Source: Chitinophagales bacterium (GTDB lineage Bacteria; Bacteroidota; Bacteroidia; Chitinophagales; JANQFB01). From it: DNA of 64,000 bases. The notes under the pieces were generated by a model. That model saw only the letters and a list, made by a program, of their open reading frames with translations, searched no databases and was not told the origin of the DNA. The DNA lies in the NCBI GenBank assembly GCA_028278085.1, contig JANQFB010000350.1:7376-71375 (forward strand), in the 5' to 3' direction. The position numbers were made by a program, and so were the translations under genes. How positions within the stretch are numbered: the stretch's first letter is position 1; each line of letters begins with the position of its first letter. Shown in pieces: positions 18,783-28,704 of this stretch.

Positions 18783-20186
18783 ATGCTAAAGAGTACGCTG
18801 GTCCAATTATTCTACTCCTTGTCCAGGAAGGAACGCAACCAACTGGAATTGTTTGTCCATTCCCCCTTCCATAACCAGCACCAGCAAGTAACCGCATTGT
18901 TCCACTATTTGAATGCCTTGTCAACACCCAGCGAAAAGGATCTGGCCAAACCTGCCGTTTTCGCACACTTATTTCCCGGGGAATCCTACCATGATGGGAA
19001 ACTGCGCCATGTCTTATCCTATCTGCTAAAGGTCATGGAAGACTATATCACCTGGCAGGAGCTGCAATCCAGGCCGGTTATGCCCGAATTCCTGTTGATC
19101 GACTATTACCGCAACCGGAACCTCGAGAAATCCTTTCACCAGCATACCGCGAAGGTCCGGAAACTGCAAACCACCTCCCCGATCCGGAACCAGGACTACT
19201 ACCTGAATAACTTTCATTTAAATGCTACCCTGTATCACGCTGTATCGGAACGGACCCCCAAAGAAATGGACAACCTGCAGCAGTTGACCGATAACCTGGA
19301 TATCTTTTTCATCGCCAATAAGCTCCAGCAAGCCGTGAGCATCCTCACCCACCAGAAACTGTTCCAGGTCGCCTACCAACTCCCCTTTTTGGAGGAGACC
19401 ATCCAATGGATCAAACGGGACCAACTCACCCGGATCCCGATCATTGCCATTTACTACAATTGCTACCTGCTGTTGACCCATAAGCAAGATGCAACCCATT
19501 TCCGGGAGCTGAAAAAGAACATCACCGAGTTCGGCCAACACCTGAGCCGGGTGGAAAAGCGGGATGTCTATTTCAATGCCATCAACTTTTGCATCAACCA
19601 GATCAACCGGAATAAAGACGAATATTTCCGGGAAGTGTTCAGCCTCTACCAACTCGCGCTGGCCGAGGAAGTGCTGCTGGAAAACAATATCCTCTCCCCT
19701 TGGACTTATAAGAACATCGGCACCACCGGCATACGGCTGGAGGAGTTGGAATGGGTAGCCGACTTTATCAAGGCGTATCATCCTTTGGTGGACGAGGAAT
19801 ACCGGGAGGATATGTACCGCTACATGCAGGCCCGCCTGTTAATGGCCCATCAGGATTATGAAAGCGTGATCGATAAACTCCAGTACTTCCAGACCCGGGA
19901 CACCTTCACCAACCTCGATGCTAAAGTTTTATTGATCAAAGCCTATTATGAGCTGGGTGAATTTGACCTGCTGGAATATGTGCTGAACAATTTCAAGCAG
20001 CTCCTGTCACGGAAAAAGGTGCTGACCTACCACAAAAAGAACTACAGCAACTTCCAGAAGATCCTGGGTAAGATCATGAACCTGCCGGTAGGGGAAAGCG
20101 CTGCGAAAGCCAAGGTAGTGAAACAGATCCGTGAAGCCACGATATTAACGGAGAAAGAATGGTTGATGGAGCAATTGGGGGAGTAG
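18783..20186 (+). CDS. Hypothetical all-helical (TPR-like) protein
   Basis: The ORF is open from 18747. ATG at 18783 gives MLKSTLVQLFYSLSRKERNQLELFV... The composition is helical-repeat-like and I recognise no catalytic motif. Confidence 0.5.
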   Translation: MLKSTLVQLFYSLSRKERNQLELFVHSPFHNQHQQVTALFHYLNALSTPSEKDLAKPAVFAHLFPGESYHDGKLRHVLSYLLKVMEDYITWQELQSRPVMPEFLLIDYYRNRNLEKSFHQHTAKVRKLQTTSPIRNQDYYLNNFHLNATLYHAVSERTPKEMDNLQQLTDNLDIFFIANKLQQAVSILTHQKLFQVAYQLPFLEETIQWIKRDQLTRIPIIAIYYNCYLLLTHKQDATHFRELKKNITEFGQHLSRVEKRDVYFNAINFCINQINRNKDEYFREVFSLYQLALAEEVLLENNILSPWTYKNIGTTGIRLEELEWVADFIKAYHPLVDEEYREDMYRYMQARLLMAHQDYESVIDKLQYFQTRDTFTNLDAKVLLIKAYYELGEFDLLEYVLNNFKQLLSRKKVLTYHKKNYSNFQKILGKIMNLPVGESAAKAKVVKQIREATILTEKEWLMEQLGE

Positions 20187-20315
20187 ATTATGGTCAGTTT
20201 TTCAATATGTTTCTCGATCAATCATAACCATGCAGCTTTCAATTGCGGGATTTTTACTGTTCTATCGCAAGTTTGAAGCCTCCAATGCCAGTGGTTTGCA
20301 TGCCATTTGTTGGTT

Positions 20316-20903
20316 CTATTCTCTTTTTAATTCTCCATTGCTAAATATATAAACACCTTTGTCCAAAGTCGTTAGAGGGCAATTTGGATCAGGTTCATGA
20401 TCGGTTTCATTCCACTCTGTTTCACAAGTCTTCTCAGCAACTATGATCTTCTGATTATGAACTTCAATATGTTTATGGCAATTTATGAGATAAGCTTTAG
20501 CTCCATGTCTTCCAAATTGTTCGTCTGAACAATAATAAACTTCATCAAAAAGTTTTATGGCACTATCCAAATCCCAGATTTGAATTCCCTTTTGAGCTAT
20601 TCCTCCTCCTGTACCATAAGATGAATTACTCCATTTAATTATAAGCTCTTTAGAGTCCGTGCCATCAATTTCTAGCCTTTGACATTCATAGCTGAATCGG
20701 CTGACATCATCTAACAGGGCGTAGGTTTCCCATTTATCGTTGATCTGAATCTCGATCCAAGCATGTCCATTTTCAGCATAAATCCGAAAACTCGAGGAGT
20801 CAACACAGCTATTATCATTCCCGTAATTCAATTTTTTGTTGGACTGTCCGGATGAAGATAATTGAATTACCAGCGTACAAAACAAAAAAATAGAAATTCT
20901 CAT
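20316..20903 (-). CDS. Hypothetical secreted protein (AT-rich gene)
   Basis: 195 aa with signal peptide MRISIFLFCTLVIQLSSSGQ. I recognise no motif. Confidence 0.5.
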   Translation of the reverse strand: MRISIFLFCTLVIQLSSSGQSNKKLNYGNDNSCVDSSSFRIYAENGHAWIEIQINDKWETYALLDDVSRFSYECQRLEIDGTDSKELIIKWSNSSYGTGGGIAQKGIQIWDLDSAIKLFDEVYYCSDEQFGRHGAKAYLINCHKHIEVHNQKIIVAEKTCETEWNETDHEPDPNCPLTTLDKGVYIFSNGELKRE

Positions 20904-21128
20904 TTTCGAGTTTCTTTTATTGCTGCCGACGACCCAGCTAAAAAACCGTGGCCGACCATCTGGAGGCTATGATTCCATACACATTGTGCCTGTTGCACAA
21001 CTCATATTTATGTTGAAAAGTTAATAAATATATTAAATCTATTTTACCCCCTAAACAATGACAAAAAACGATCACTTGCAATCTCCCCCAATTTTAAATA
21101 CCTTGCAAGAACCACAACCACCCCTCCC

Positions 21129-21998
21129 ATGCCCCTAAAACCCTTCACCCAAAAGATCACACACCTCGACGCGGAAAAAGACCACCAGGAAATTGTCCGC
21201 CTGCTGGTTTGCCATGTCTTCCACTGGGATCTGGAAAGGGCCTTGGAGTTTGCCTTATTCCGGACTTTCGCCGTTCCATCCATCAGCACCCTGCTGGAGA
21301 AAACCGGTGAATTCCAGCAGCGGCCGAGGAAACGCTATGACGATACGGAATTGATCATGTATGAGCTGGCGGAAAACGGCTATACCAGCGAACGGGCCAA
21401 AAGAGCTTTCCGGCGGATGAACAGGATGCACGGGCATTGGCCGATCACTAATGACGATATGCTATATGTTCTCAGCACGTTTATCTTTGAGCCGATCCGG
21501 TGGATCGATCAGTATGGCTGGCGGAAGCTGGCCGAAAACGAACGGCTGGCTTTTTATCACTTTTATGTGGGCGTCGGGGGGATGATGAATATCAAGGATA
21601 TTCCGGGATCCTATGAAGCGTTTGAGGCATTCAACATCAACTACGAAAAAACACATTTCAAAACCGCCGATTCCAATCGTAAGATCGGGGATGTTACCGT
21701 GGATCTGCTGTTGAGCTTTTACATACCCAAATTCCTGGCGCCGGTCGGGAAGCCGGTGGTTTATGCCATGATGGACGATCCTTTGCTGGAAAGTATGGGT
21801 TATCCCAAACCTTCGGCCTTCTTGCGGTCTTTTGTCAAAGGTATGCTCCGGTTCCGGGCATGGCTTATTCAATTTTGGCCCGAATTCCAACAACCACAAT
21901 TGGGCACGAAACGGAAAAGACCGACTTATCCGAAAGGCTATGAGATCGAGGAATTAGGGGTGCATTATGATAAGGAGCAGCCGGCGGAACAATCCTGA
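21129..21998 (+). CDS. MpaB/DUF2236-family oxygenase-like protein
   Basis: 289 aa. The N-terminal block FHWDLERALEFALFRTFAVPSISTLLEKTGEF...RKRYDDTELIM resembles the MpaB-type oxygenase family as I remember it. Confidence 0.5.
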   Translation: MPLKPFTQKITHLDAEKDHQEIVRLLVCHVFHWDLERALEFALFRTFAVPSISTLLEKTGEFQQRPRKRYDDTELIMYELAENGYTSERAKRAFRRMNRMHGHWPITNDDMLYVLSTFIFEPIRWIDQYGWRKLAENERLAFYHFYVGVGGMMNIKDIPGSYEAFEAFNINYEKTHFKTADSNRKIGDVTVDLLLSFYIPKFLAPVGKPVVYAMMDDPLLESMGYPKPSAFLRSFVKGMLRFRAWLIQFWPEFQQPQLGTKRKRPTYPKGYEIEELGVHYDKEQPAEQS

Positions 21999-22117
21999 TC
22001 ACCCGTTCCATTCAATGCAGGATTCGATCCCACCATCTCAATTCCCCGGTACAAATTCGAAGCTTGTTCACAACGGTCAGCAGTACTAACGGAATAGCGA
22101 TTATCCATCATGCAAGG

Positions 22118-22462
22118 TTACCCGTCCCATAAAACACTGGAAACGACCAGGACCTCGATCACAATTCCTATAGAAACAAGAACCAGTTCGAGTATCGACC
22201 ATTTGATGAACCTGATCCGCCTGTTAACGATCAACAGTCCCAAAAGAATACCCGCGATAGACATACCAGCATGTAAGGCCAGCAACCAATCGGGCAGCCT
22301 TACGACAAAAAGTATCGTGGTAAAGTGATATTGATAAAACAAGAAAAGACTGATACCCAGCCAATATACATTTCCGCTAATCATCAATAAGCCGATGAGT
22401 CGGCCGTATCGATGATTTGGGTTGGCTGGCTTCATGATGACTGCTTTTCGGGGAAAATCCAC
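22118..22462 (-). CDS. Small integral membrane protein
   Basis: 114 aa with 3-4 hydrophobic helices and no recognisable motif. Confidence 0.4.
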   Translation of the reverse strand: MDFPRKAVIMKPANPNHRYGRLIGLLMISGNVYWLGISLFLFYQYHFTTILFVVRLPDWLLALHAGMSIAGILLGLLIVNRRIRFIKWSILELVLVSIGIVIEVLVVSSVLWDG

Positions 22463-22716
22463 TTAATCGCCGGTACCAGTTAGCAATCCTTTCGGTGATC
22501 GGATAGACTTATTGCGCCAATATTGCTAACTTTAATAATATCCGGTGAAGGTTAATTGCTAATTTATCGTAAGAATCTTAAGCTACAAAATCAAATCTGA
22601 TGAAATACCTTTTTTATTTGACTTTATTACCGCTGAATGTACTGTTTGCCCGGACCGAATGGACGCATTATGGCACTCATGCCTCCGGGAAAATGTTCGT
22701 TCCGGATCTTTAAGCA

Positions 22717-24042
22717 TTAGCCGGTCCATTTGATCCCCAAAACGGTAATATCATCGACCTGCGCATGCCCTTTCTGCCAGTCGCTTAACGTATCGGCGAG
22801 TATTTCCTGTTGCTCCGTCAAGGGTTTATCCTGGTGAGCGAGCAACATTTCCTTAAATCTTTTCTTGGTGAATTTCCTGTTTTCCTCCCCTCCGAATTGA
22901 TCCAGGTAGCCGTCGGAAAAAAGATAGATCAGATCGTTGTTCCGGAGTTGGACATCCTTGTTTTCGAAGTCCTTTTCTTTCACATGATTACCGACAGGAT
23001 TTTTGGTGGCGCCAATCTCTATGATCTCCCCTTCTCTCAGGATCATTAAAGGATTATAAGCGCCGGAATATTGTAAAACATTTGTCGTGGTATCAAGAAC
23101 GCATAAGGCAATATCCAACCCATTCCGGTTATCGGATCCGAAAGAGGTGAAGGCCGCCTTTATTTTTTCCCGGAGTTTGTTCAGCACAATATTAGGCTGG
23201 TCAATCTCTTTGCCTTGTACGATCTCATCCAGGTAGGTAATGCCCAGCATGGTAATAAAACCACCGGGAACGCCATGCCCCGTACAATCGGCCACGGCAA
23301 AATATATCCGGTTATCTATTTTCTGGACATAATAAAAATCTCCGCTGACCACATCCTTGGGTTTATAGAACAGAAAATACTCCTGGAAATAGGATTCGAT
23401 ATGGATCCGGTTCGTTAATAAGGCATCCTGGATCCTTTTGGCATATACAATACTGGAGGTAATGTTTTTGTGGGCTTTGGCAATTTGCTCGTTTTTGTCC
23501 GCTATCCTTGCCTGAAGCACATGCCGTGAATATTCAGACAAATAAACCATCAGGATCAGGATCACATAGGAGAAGACCAGGCGAAGCATAAAGCTCGGGG
23601 GAAATGGGTAGCTCAACCAATGGGGAAATACCAAATACAATACCACGGCAATGGAAATGATCCCCAGGGAAACCCAGAAGCCTCTTTTGTGGCCTAAGAG
23701 CAGCATACTTAGGGGTGGAAAGGTATAAAACCACAAAACAGCCTGGCCTTCGGCAGGGAAAAACACAAACAAAACGACCCCCAGGAGAGAGATCACGATA
23801 ACCGTAAAAAAGGAAGAAAAAACGGTTGTTTGCCGGACATTGAACAAAAGTAAATTGGTGCCGGTAATCAGGAAAAACCCGAATATGATCACCGTATACA
23901 GGTTGTTTCCCGCTAAAAACCCTTTGATGGAGAAGTAAAGCATGGCCACTAACAGCAGCAAATTGAAGGAATTGATCAGCAGCTTTTTCCTTCCCTGTTC
24001 ATCCGATAGTTTTAACAAAGGGAGGGTTAATTTTTCTTTCAT
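22717..24042 (-). CDS. Membrane-bound PP2C-type (SpoIIE family) serine phosphatase
   Basis: 441 aa. About 5 N-terminal TM helices are followed by VSGDFYYV, ADCTGHGVPGGFITMLG, FSDGYLDQFGG and VDDITVLGIKW. Confidence 0.85.
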   Translation of the reverse strand: MKEKLTLPLLKLSDEQGRKKLLINSFNLLLLVAMLYFSIKGFLAGNNLYTVIIFGFFLITGTNLLLFNVRQTTVFSSFFTVIVISLLGVVLFVFFPAEGQAVLWFYTFPPLSMLLLGHKRGFWVSLGIISIAVVLYLVFPHWLSYPFPPSFMLRLVFSYVILILMVYLSEYSRHVLQARIADKNEQIAKAHKNITSSIVYAKRIQDALLTNRIHIESYFQEYFLFYKPKDVVSGDFYYVQKIDNRIYFAVADCTGHGVPGGFITMLGITYLDEIVQGKEIDQPNIVLNKLREKIKAAFTSFGSDNRNGLDIALCVLDTTTNVLQYSGAYNPLMILREGEIIEIGATKNPVGNHVKEKDFENKDVQLRNNDLIYLFSDGYLDQFGGEENRKFTKKRFKEMLLAHQDKPLTEQQEILADTLSDWQKGHAQVDDITVLGIKWTG

Positions 24043-24075
24043 AAGCGATCGGGGGATTATTTACCAAAGGTGAAT

Positions 24076-24951
24076 CTATTCAATTTTGTAGATGATCGGA
24101 TTAAAGGCCTTGGAAGCAACCATCACCTGGTCTCCTACCTGTAATCCTTCAACCTCCGAATCCTGGGCGATAACCTTGACCATACTGTTTTGAATAAGTA
24201 CCGTTACGATGTAAACGACTTCCTGCTGCTCTATCCGGATAACCTCCCCCGTGAACTTGAACTTCCCGCTGATCCGGCGGTTGATGAAGATCTCCGAGGG
24301 TGTGCCTTGCCGGGTGATCTGGCCTTCGGCTAACATGCATACCCTGTCTGAAAGCCGGACGATCTCACCGATATCATGACTGATCAGGATGGTGGTCAGG
24401 CCATATTCCCGGTGGGCGCTCAGGATATGATCCTGTAGCTTTAAACGGATCTTGATGTCCAGCGCCGCCAGCGGTTCATCGAGCAACAGGATCCGGGGCC
24501 GCTGCACCAACGCCCTGGCTAAAGCGACCCTTTGTTGTTGTCCGCCGGACAAAGTAGCTGGTTTTCTGCCTTGTAGCTCTCCCAGCTCCATGATCTCGAT
24601 CAATTCGGATACCATCTTTTTATCTTGATCCTTTTTCCCGGCAAATTCAAGATTTTGCCGGACGGTCATATTCGGGAATAAGGCATAATCCTGGAAAACG
24701 TAACCGATCTGACGTCGTTGCGGAGCGAGATCGATCTTTTTTCCGGAGTCGAACCAGGTTTCTCCATCCACGGTTATTGTTCCGTTATCCGGTTTCATTA
24801 AACCGGCCAGTAACCTCAGGGTTGACGTTTTACCGGCTCCCGAAGGTCCGTAAAGGGTCAGCAATGCTCCATCGGCGATATCCAATTGTAGCTGCAGGTT
24901 CATATCACCCCCGGCCGTATGAAGCCGCTTGCGGATATCCAGTTCGATCAT
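24076..24951 (-). CDS. modC: Molybdate ABC transporter ATP-binding protein with a C-terminal TOBE domain
   Basis: Walker A GPSGAGKTS, signature LSGGQQQRVALARAL, Walker B ILLLDEP. I prefer ATG at 24951 (MIELDIRK...), which gives an ATGA overlap with the modB stop. The track ORF extends to 25020. Confidence 0.85.
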   Translation of the reverse strand: MIELDIRKRLHTAGGDMNLQLQLDIADGALLTLYGPSGAGKTSTLRLLAGLMKPDNGTITVDGETWFDSGKKIDLAPQRRQIGYVFQDYALFPNMTVRQNLEFAGKKDQDKKMVSELIEIMELGELQGRKPATLSGGQQQRVALARALVQRPRILLLDEPLAALDIKIRLKLQDHILSAHREYGLTTILISHDIGEIVRLSDRVCMLAEGQITRQGTPSEIFINRRISGKFKFTGEVIRIEQQEVVYIVTVLIQNSMVKVIAQDSEVEGLQVGDQVMVASKAFNPIIYKIE

Positions 24952-25622
24952 TTCCAAAAACGCTTTAAATATCCACCGTTCACCAGGTACACCGTTAACA
25001 GGATAAAAAAGGTCAGGCAAAACAAGATCAAAGAATATACATTGGCCACCCCATAGTTCAGCGCCTCCACCTCATCATAAATAGCGATTGAAGCAACCTT
25101 GGTTTTTCCGGGAATATTACCGCCGATCATCAGCACCACACCGAATTCACCGATGGTGTGGGCAAAGGCCAGGACAATTCCGGTAAGCAGGGAGGCTTTT
25201 ATATTAGGTAGCTGAACCTTCAGCAGGGTGGTGAATGTTGATTTCCCCATCACATATGCAGCTTCGGTAAGGCTAGGCGGCAGTCCGGATAAGCCGGATT
25301 GTATGGGATGTACCATAAAAGGCAGGCTATACAAAACAGAAGCAATGACCAGGCCCGTAAAGGAAAAGACCAGTTTAATACCCAACCATTCATTCAGCCA
25401 GCTTCCGAAAGCGTTGCCGGGACTAAAGGCGACCAAAAAATAAAATCCCAGTACGGTCGGGGGCAGGACCAGGGGCATACTGACCAGGGTCTCGATCACC
25501 GGTTTAAGCCTTGATCTGGAAGCGACCAGCCAATAGGCCAGGGGTATGGAAACCAGCAACAAAATAGCCGTGGTAACAACAGCCAGCTCAAAGGTCAATA
25601 TCAATGGCTTCCAGTCGATCAT
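24948..25622 (-). CDS. modB: Molybdate ABC transporter permease
   Basis: 224 aa. It has the five-TM MetI-like fold and the EAA-type loop LTEAAYVMGKSTFTTLLKVQLP. It sits in a mod operon context. Confidence 0.85.
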   Translation of the reverse strand: MIDWKPLILTFELAVVTTAILLLVSIPLAYWLVASRSRLKPVIETLVSMPLVLPPTVLGFYFLVAFSPGNAFGSWLNEWLGIKLVFSFTGLVIASVLYSLPFMVHPIQSGLSGLPPSLTEAAYVMGKSTFTTLLKVQLPNIKASLLTGIVLAFAHTIGEFGVVLMIGGNIPGKTKVASIAIYDEVEALNYGVANVYSLILFCLTFFILLTVYLVNGGYLKRFWK

Positions 25623-26020
25623 ACGGATAACATCACTTCGTTTAACTTGACCATAGCCACAACGGCTGAATCCTCCTTCAAGCCAAGCCGGTCGACCGAA
25701 TTCGTACTGATCACCGATGCGATCTCACCAACTTCCGTGTGGAGGGTAACTTTACTGATCAATGCCCCTCTTTCAACCCGGATCACCTTTCCGCTGATCC
25801 TGTTTTGAAGGCTGATCGCATGGTCTTCCCGAGTGCCGATAACAACTTCCGTTTCCTTGAAAAGCACCTTGATGGGATTATCTTTTCTTAAATAGGACGC
25901 CGATTCCGGTGTTTCGATGATAATGGCCTTGAAGGTTAAACTTTCACTGACCTTGATATGGACAAGCGATAAGCTACCGCTGACCTCAATGGTTGCTATT
26001 TGCCCTTCCAGTTGGTTCAT
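25619..26020 (-). CDS. Di-TOBE molybdate-binding (Mop-like) protein
   Basis: 133 aa with two TOBE-type repeats (NQLEGQIATIEVSGSLSLVHIKV.. and NRISGKVIRVERGALISKVTLH..). It lies between modA and modB. Confidence 0.7.
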   Translation of the reverse strand: MNQLEGQIATIEVSGSLSLVHIKVSESLTFKAIIIETPESASYLRKDNPIKVLFKETEVVIGTREDHAISLQNRISGKVIRVERGALISKVTLHTEVGEIASVISTNSVDRLGLKEDSAVVAMVKLNEVMLSV

Positions 26021-26780
26021 CCGCTAAATATCCATAGTTTTTCAAAATCTTTTTAGCTTCGGGAGAGAAAAGAAATTCAGAGAATTTACGTGCGCCCCCG
26101 AAGTTCCCATTGTCACGTTTAATAACCACAACACCCTGGCGGATAGGTTGGTAAGCGCCATTTTTGATCAATAGCCATCTGCCCCGTTCTTTCATTTCCG
26201 GCGACAAAACCGTCGATAAGGACGTAAAACCCATTTCTGCTGCTCCCGAGGTAATGAACTGGTTGGTTTGGGCAATACTTTCACCGTAAACCAGCTTGGC
26301 TTGGACCGTATCGAAGATATCGAAATGATCCAGCACTTCCATGGCAGCAGATCCGTAAGGAGCCGTTTTAGGATTAGACAGGGCGATATGCCTGACCGAC
26401 TCGTCTGTGAGGAATACGATCGAGGGATCGATGTCTTTTACGACCGTCCAAAGTACGATCATGCCGTAAGCATAGACTTTGGGCGGGGCCTCGGTCATTC
26501 CGCTCCTGAATAATTCTTCCGGGTATTTCATATTGGCTGAAGCAAAAATATCATAAGGAGCGCCTTCCTTGATCTGGGCGGTCAGCTTACCCGAAGAGCT
26601 GATGATCGTTTGACAGCCGATACCGGTTTTTGCCGTAAATTCCTTTACCAGGGCTTCCATGACAAACTGCATATTGGCAGCGGCGGCAATGGTGATTTGT
26701 TCCTGCTCGGGCGTCTGTTGGAGACAGGCCGTTAGCCAAATTGTGGCTATCAGGCAACTGCTTACAAGATTCAATTTCAC
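25986..26780 (-). CDS. modA: Molybdate ABC transporter periplasmic binding protein
   Basis: 264 aa with a signal peptide. It resembles ModA (ITIAAAANMQFVMEAL..., SSSGKLTAQIKEGAPYDIFASAN, IALSNPKTAPYG). Its 3' end overlaps the mop start by 35 nt. Confidence 0.85.
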   Translation of the reverse strand: MKLNLVSSCLIATIWLTACLQQTPEQEQITIAAAANMQFVMEALVKEFTAKTGIGCQTIISSSGKLTAQIKEGAPYDIFASANMKYPEELFRSGMTEAPPKVYAYGMIVLWTVVKDIDPSIVFLTDESVRHIALSNPKTAPYGSAAMEVLDHFDIFDTVQAKLVYGESIAQTNQFITSGAAEMGFTSLSTVLSPEMKERGRWLLIKNGAYQPIRQGVVVIKRDNGNFGGARKFSEFLFSPEAKKILKNYGYLADEPTGRANSNH

Positions 26781-27048
26781 TGAAATTCCTTTAATGGTCG
26801 GGTATGCTTCTTTTCCCGGTTATCGTTCATCATTCATTCCGAATTTGTATTTATCTCAACAGGCTGTATCCAATTGCCGTAAAAGGCTTTCCTAGCCCCG
26901 ATAAATTTAAGGAAATCTACCAGGATTGGAAATTTTGAAACAGGCGCTGGCAGCAAGATTAGTTTCACACATATTCGGTTGTCAATAGCCGATTTGACGG
27001 ATCGTTTAACCAAGGATCTCCTAATGTCAGCAAAAAAAATTTGCAATT

Positions 27049-27063
27049 ATGACGACCGGTCAT
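27049..27063. promoter_or_regulatory. Candidate TetR operator, copy 1 (ATGACGACCGGTCAT)
   Basis: An exact 15-mer is repeated at 27678-27692. It contains the perfect palindrome GACCGGTC flanked by ATGAC/GTCAT arms. Confidence 0.5.
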
Positions 27064-27660
27064 TATATTTGTGGTGTGAAGCGGAAGATCCATAAAGAAG
27101 ATATCCTGAAAGCCGGGCTGGATTTAATGTTCCTGAACGGCTACAGCGCTACCGGGATTAAGGAGATCACCGAAAAAGTGAATATTCCCAAGGGATCGTT
27201 TTACAATCATTTTGCCAGCAAAGAGGAATTCGGTTTAATCATTTTGCAGCAATATTGTGATAACGGAGCGGTTATGTATAAGCGGAGGTTACAGGATAAC
27301 AGTATGACACCGCTGGAGAGATTGGACAAATTCTATTCGGTGATGATCGAAAACTACCGGGATGTTGTCAAATGCAAACTGGGATGTATCATGGGCAATT
27401 TTTCCGGGGAACTCGCCGATGTCAACGAAAAATTCAGGCAGCTCTTAGATAAAGAATTCGATTCCCTTGAATCCATCATCACAGGCTGTATAAAGGAGGG
27501 ACAAGAGGCCGGCGAGATCAACACAAGCCTGGATCCGGCAACGCTGGGAAGCTTCCTGCTCAATGGCTGGCATGGCGCGCTGATCCGGATGAAATCCACC
27601 GGCACGGTCAAGCCCCTGGAAGATTTCAAAACCATGGCATTTATCCTGTTAAAAGCATAA
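27049..27660 (+). CDS. TetR/AcrR family transcriptional regulator
   Basis: HTH region: GYSATGIKEITEKVNIPKGSFYNHFASKEEF. The true start may be GTG at 27076 (MKRKIHKEDIL...), because the first 15 nt of the track ORF are a repeated operator-like palindrome. Confidence 0.8.
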   Translation: MTTGHYICGVKRKIHKEDILKAGLDLMFLNGYSATGIKEITEKVNIPKGSFYNHFASKEEFGLIILQQYCDNGAVMYKRRLQDNSMTPLERLDKFYSVMIENYRDVVKCKLGCIMGNFSGELADVNEKFRQLLDKEFDSLESIITGCIKEGQEAGEINTSLDPATLGSFLLNGWHGALIRMKSTGTVKPLEDFKTMAFILLKA

Positions 27661-27677
27661 TTTTTTTTGAATCAAAA

Positions 27678-27692
27678 ATGACGACCGGTCAT
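27678..27692. promoter_or_regulatory. Candidate TetR operator, copy 2 (ATGACGACCGGTCAT)
   Basis: It is identical to copy 1. It lies 18 nt after the TetR stop and 42 nt before the SRPBCC start codon. Confidence 0.5.
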
Positions 27693-27733
27693 CATAATAA
27701 AAATAATTATTTAATCCCATAAAATCGAGTATC

Positions 27734-28315
27734 ATGAAAACATCCATTAAAGTAGCTTTAGCAGTCGTAACCTTATTTACGGCTACAAATCTTGCAGCAG
27801 AAAAGAAAGTACATTCCTTTACCGTTTCCCGGACCATTAAAGCGCCGGCCGAAAAAGTGTGGGCGGTGGTTGGCGATGATTATGGCGCCATTGCCCATTC
27901 GCATCCTAAGATTGTCAGCTCCAATTACCTGAGCGGAACCCTCAAATCCGGGGAAGGAGCCGAAAGGGTTTGCCATTTTAATGAGAAAGGGACCAAATAT
28001 GTGAAAGAAAAGCAGATCAATTACGATCCGGACAACTATACATTTAAAGCACAGGTATACCATGCCGGCGGCATGCCCTTGGATCCTAACTATAATTTTG
28101 CAGTTTACAAAGTTGAAGTAGTTGACGCCAATACCTGCAAATTAGTGCTTGACATGGGTATCCGGACCAAACCCGCTTTTATGGGCACCATGGCCAAGGG
28201 CAAATTCAAAAAGATCATCGAAGATTACATGATCGCGGTGGAGCATCATGTGCTGACCGGTGAAAAGGTAACCAAGGATAACTTCAAGGAGATCAAAGCC
28301 AGGTACAAATCCTGA
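27734..28315 (+). CDS. SRPBCC (START/polyketide-cyclase-like) family protein with a signal peptide
   Basis: 193 aa. TIKAPAEKVWAVVGDDYGAIAHSHPKIVSS... is typical of the SRPBCC fold N-terminus. Confidence 0.65.
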   Translation: MKTSIKVALAVVTLFTATNLAAEKKVHSFTVSRTIKAPAEKVWAVVGDDYGAIAHSHPKIVSSNYLSGTLKSGEGAERVCHFNEKGTKYVKEKQINYDPDNYTFKAQVYHAGGMPLDPNYNFAVYKVEVVDANTCKLVLDMGIRTKPAFMGTMAKGKFKKIIEDYMIAVEHHVLTGEKVTKDNFKEIKARYKS

Positions 28316-28375
28316 GTAACGTGTACCTATTGTTTGGTGGATCCAGATTTTCCTAAAACCGGAAATTTTTGAGAG

Positions 28376-28421
28376 ATGGAAAATGCGGGCCTTTGAAAGG
28401 GTCGTGTTTTCCATTTTTTTT
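28376..28421 (+). terminator. Rho-independent terminator after the SRPBCC gene
   Basis: The stem ATGGAAAA (28376-28383) pairs with TTTTCCAT (28407-28414), followed directly by a T-run to 28421. Confidence 0.55.
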
Positions 28422-28658
28422 CGGGAGAATTGTCAAATTATTAAGTCAGTGGAAACGCACCATCTTACCAGGATCTCCGGTTTGCCGGGCCTTTTTCATT
28501 CCCCTACCCTCAGAAACAAGTTTTGGATCGTCCGCGAAAAAAAATGCCCTCGCCATAACCCCCTGACCCCCAGCAACAAATACCTCAAATCATTAGACAA
28601 AGCAGGATCTATCGCAAAAAAATAATAGAAATATTTGCATAATTAATAGCATTACTAT

Positions 28659-28666
28659 TATATTTG
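28659..28666 (+). promoter_or_regulatory. Bacteroidota-type -7 box TATATTTG upstream of the second TetR operon
   Basis: It is an exact match to TAnnTTTG, 39 nt upstream of ATG 28705. The adjacent AT-rich inverted repeat AATAGCATTACTATT (28646-28660) is a possible operator. Confidence 0.35.
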
Positions 28667-28704
28667 CCCGCAAAACAATCGGATTGGACCTGCTACTGCG
28701 AAAA

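Noticed and set aside
22600-22713. A 37-codon + strand ORF (MKYLFYLTLLPLNVLFARTEWTHYGTHASGKMFVPDL) abutting the SpoIIE gene stop
   Set aside because: It is too short to support without conservation or expression data and has no recognisable peptide family. It may be chance in an AT-rich spacer.
26781-27048. A molybdenum-cofactor (Moco) riboswitch upstream of modA
   Set aside because: I read the minus-strand leader and could not find the conserved Moco motif elements as I remember them. A cmsearch with Rfam RF01055 would settle it.
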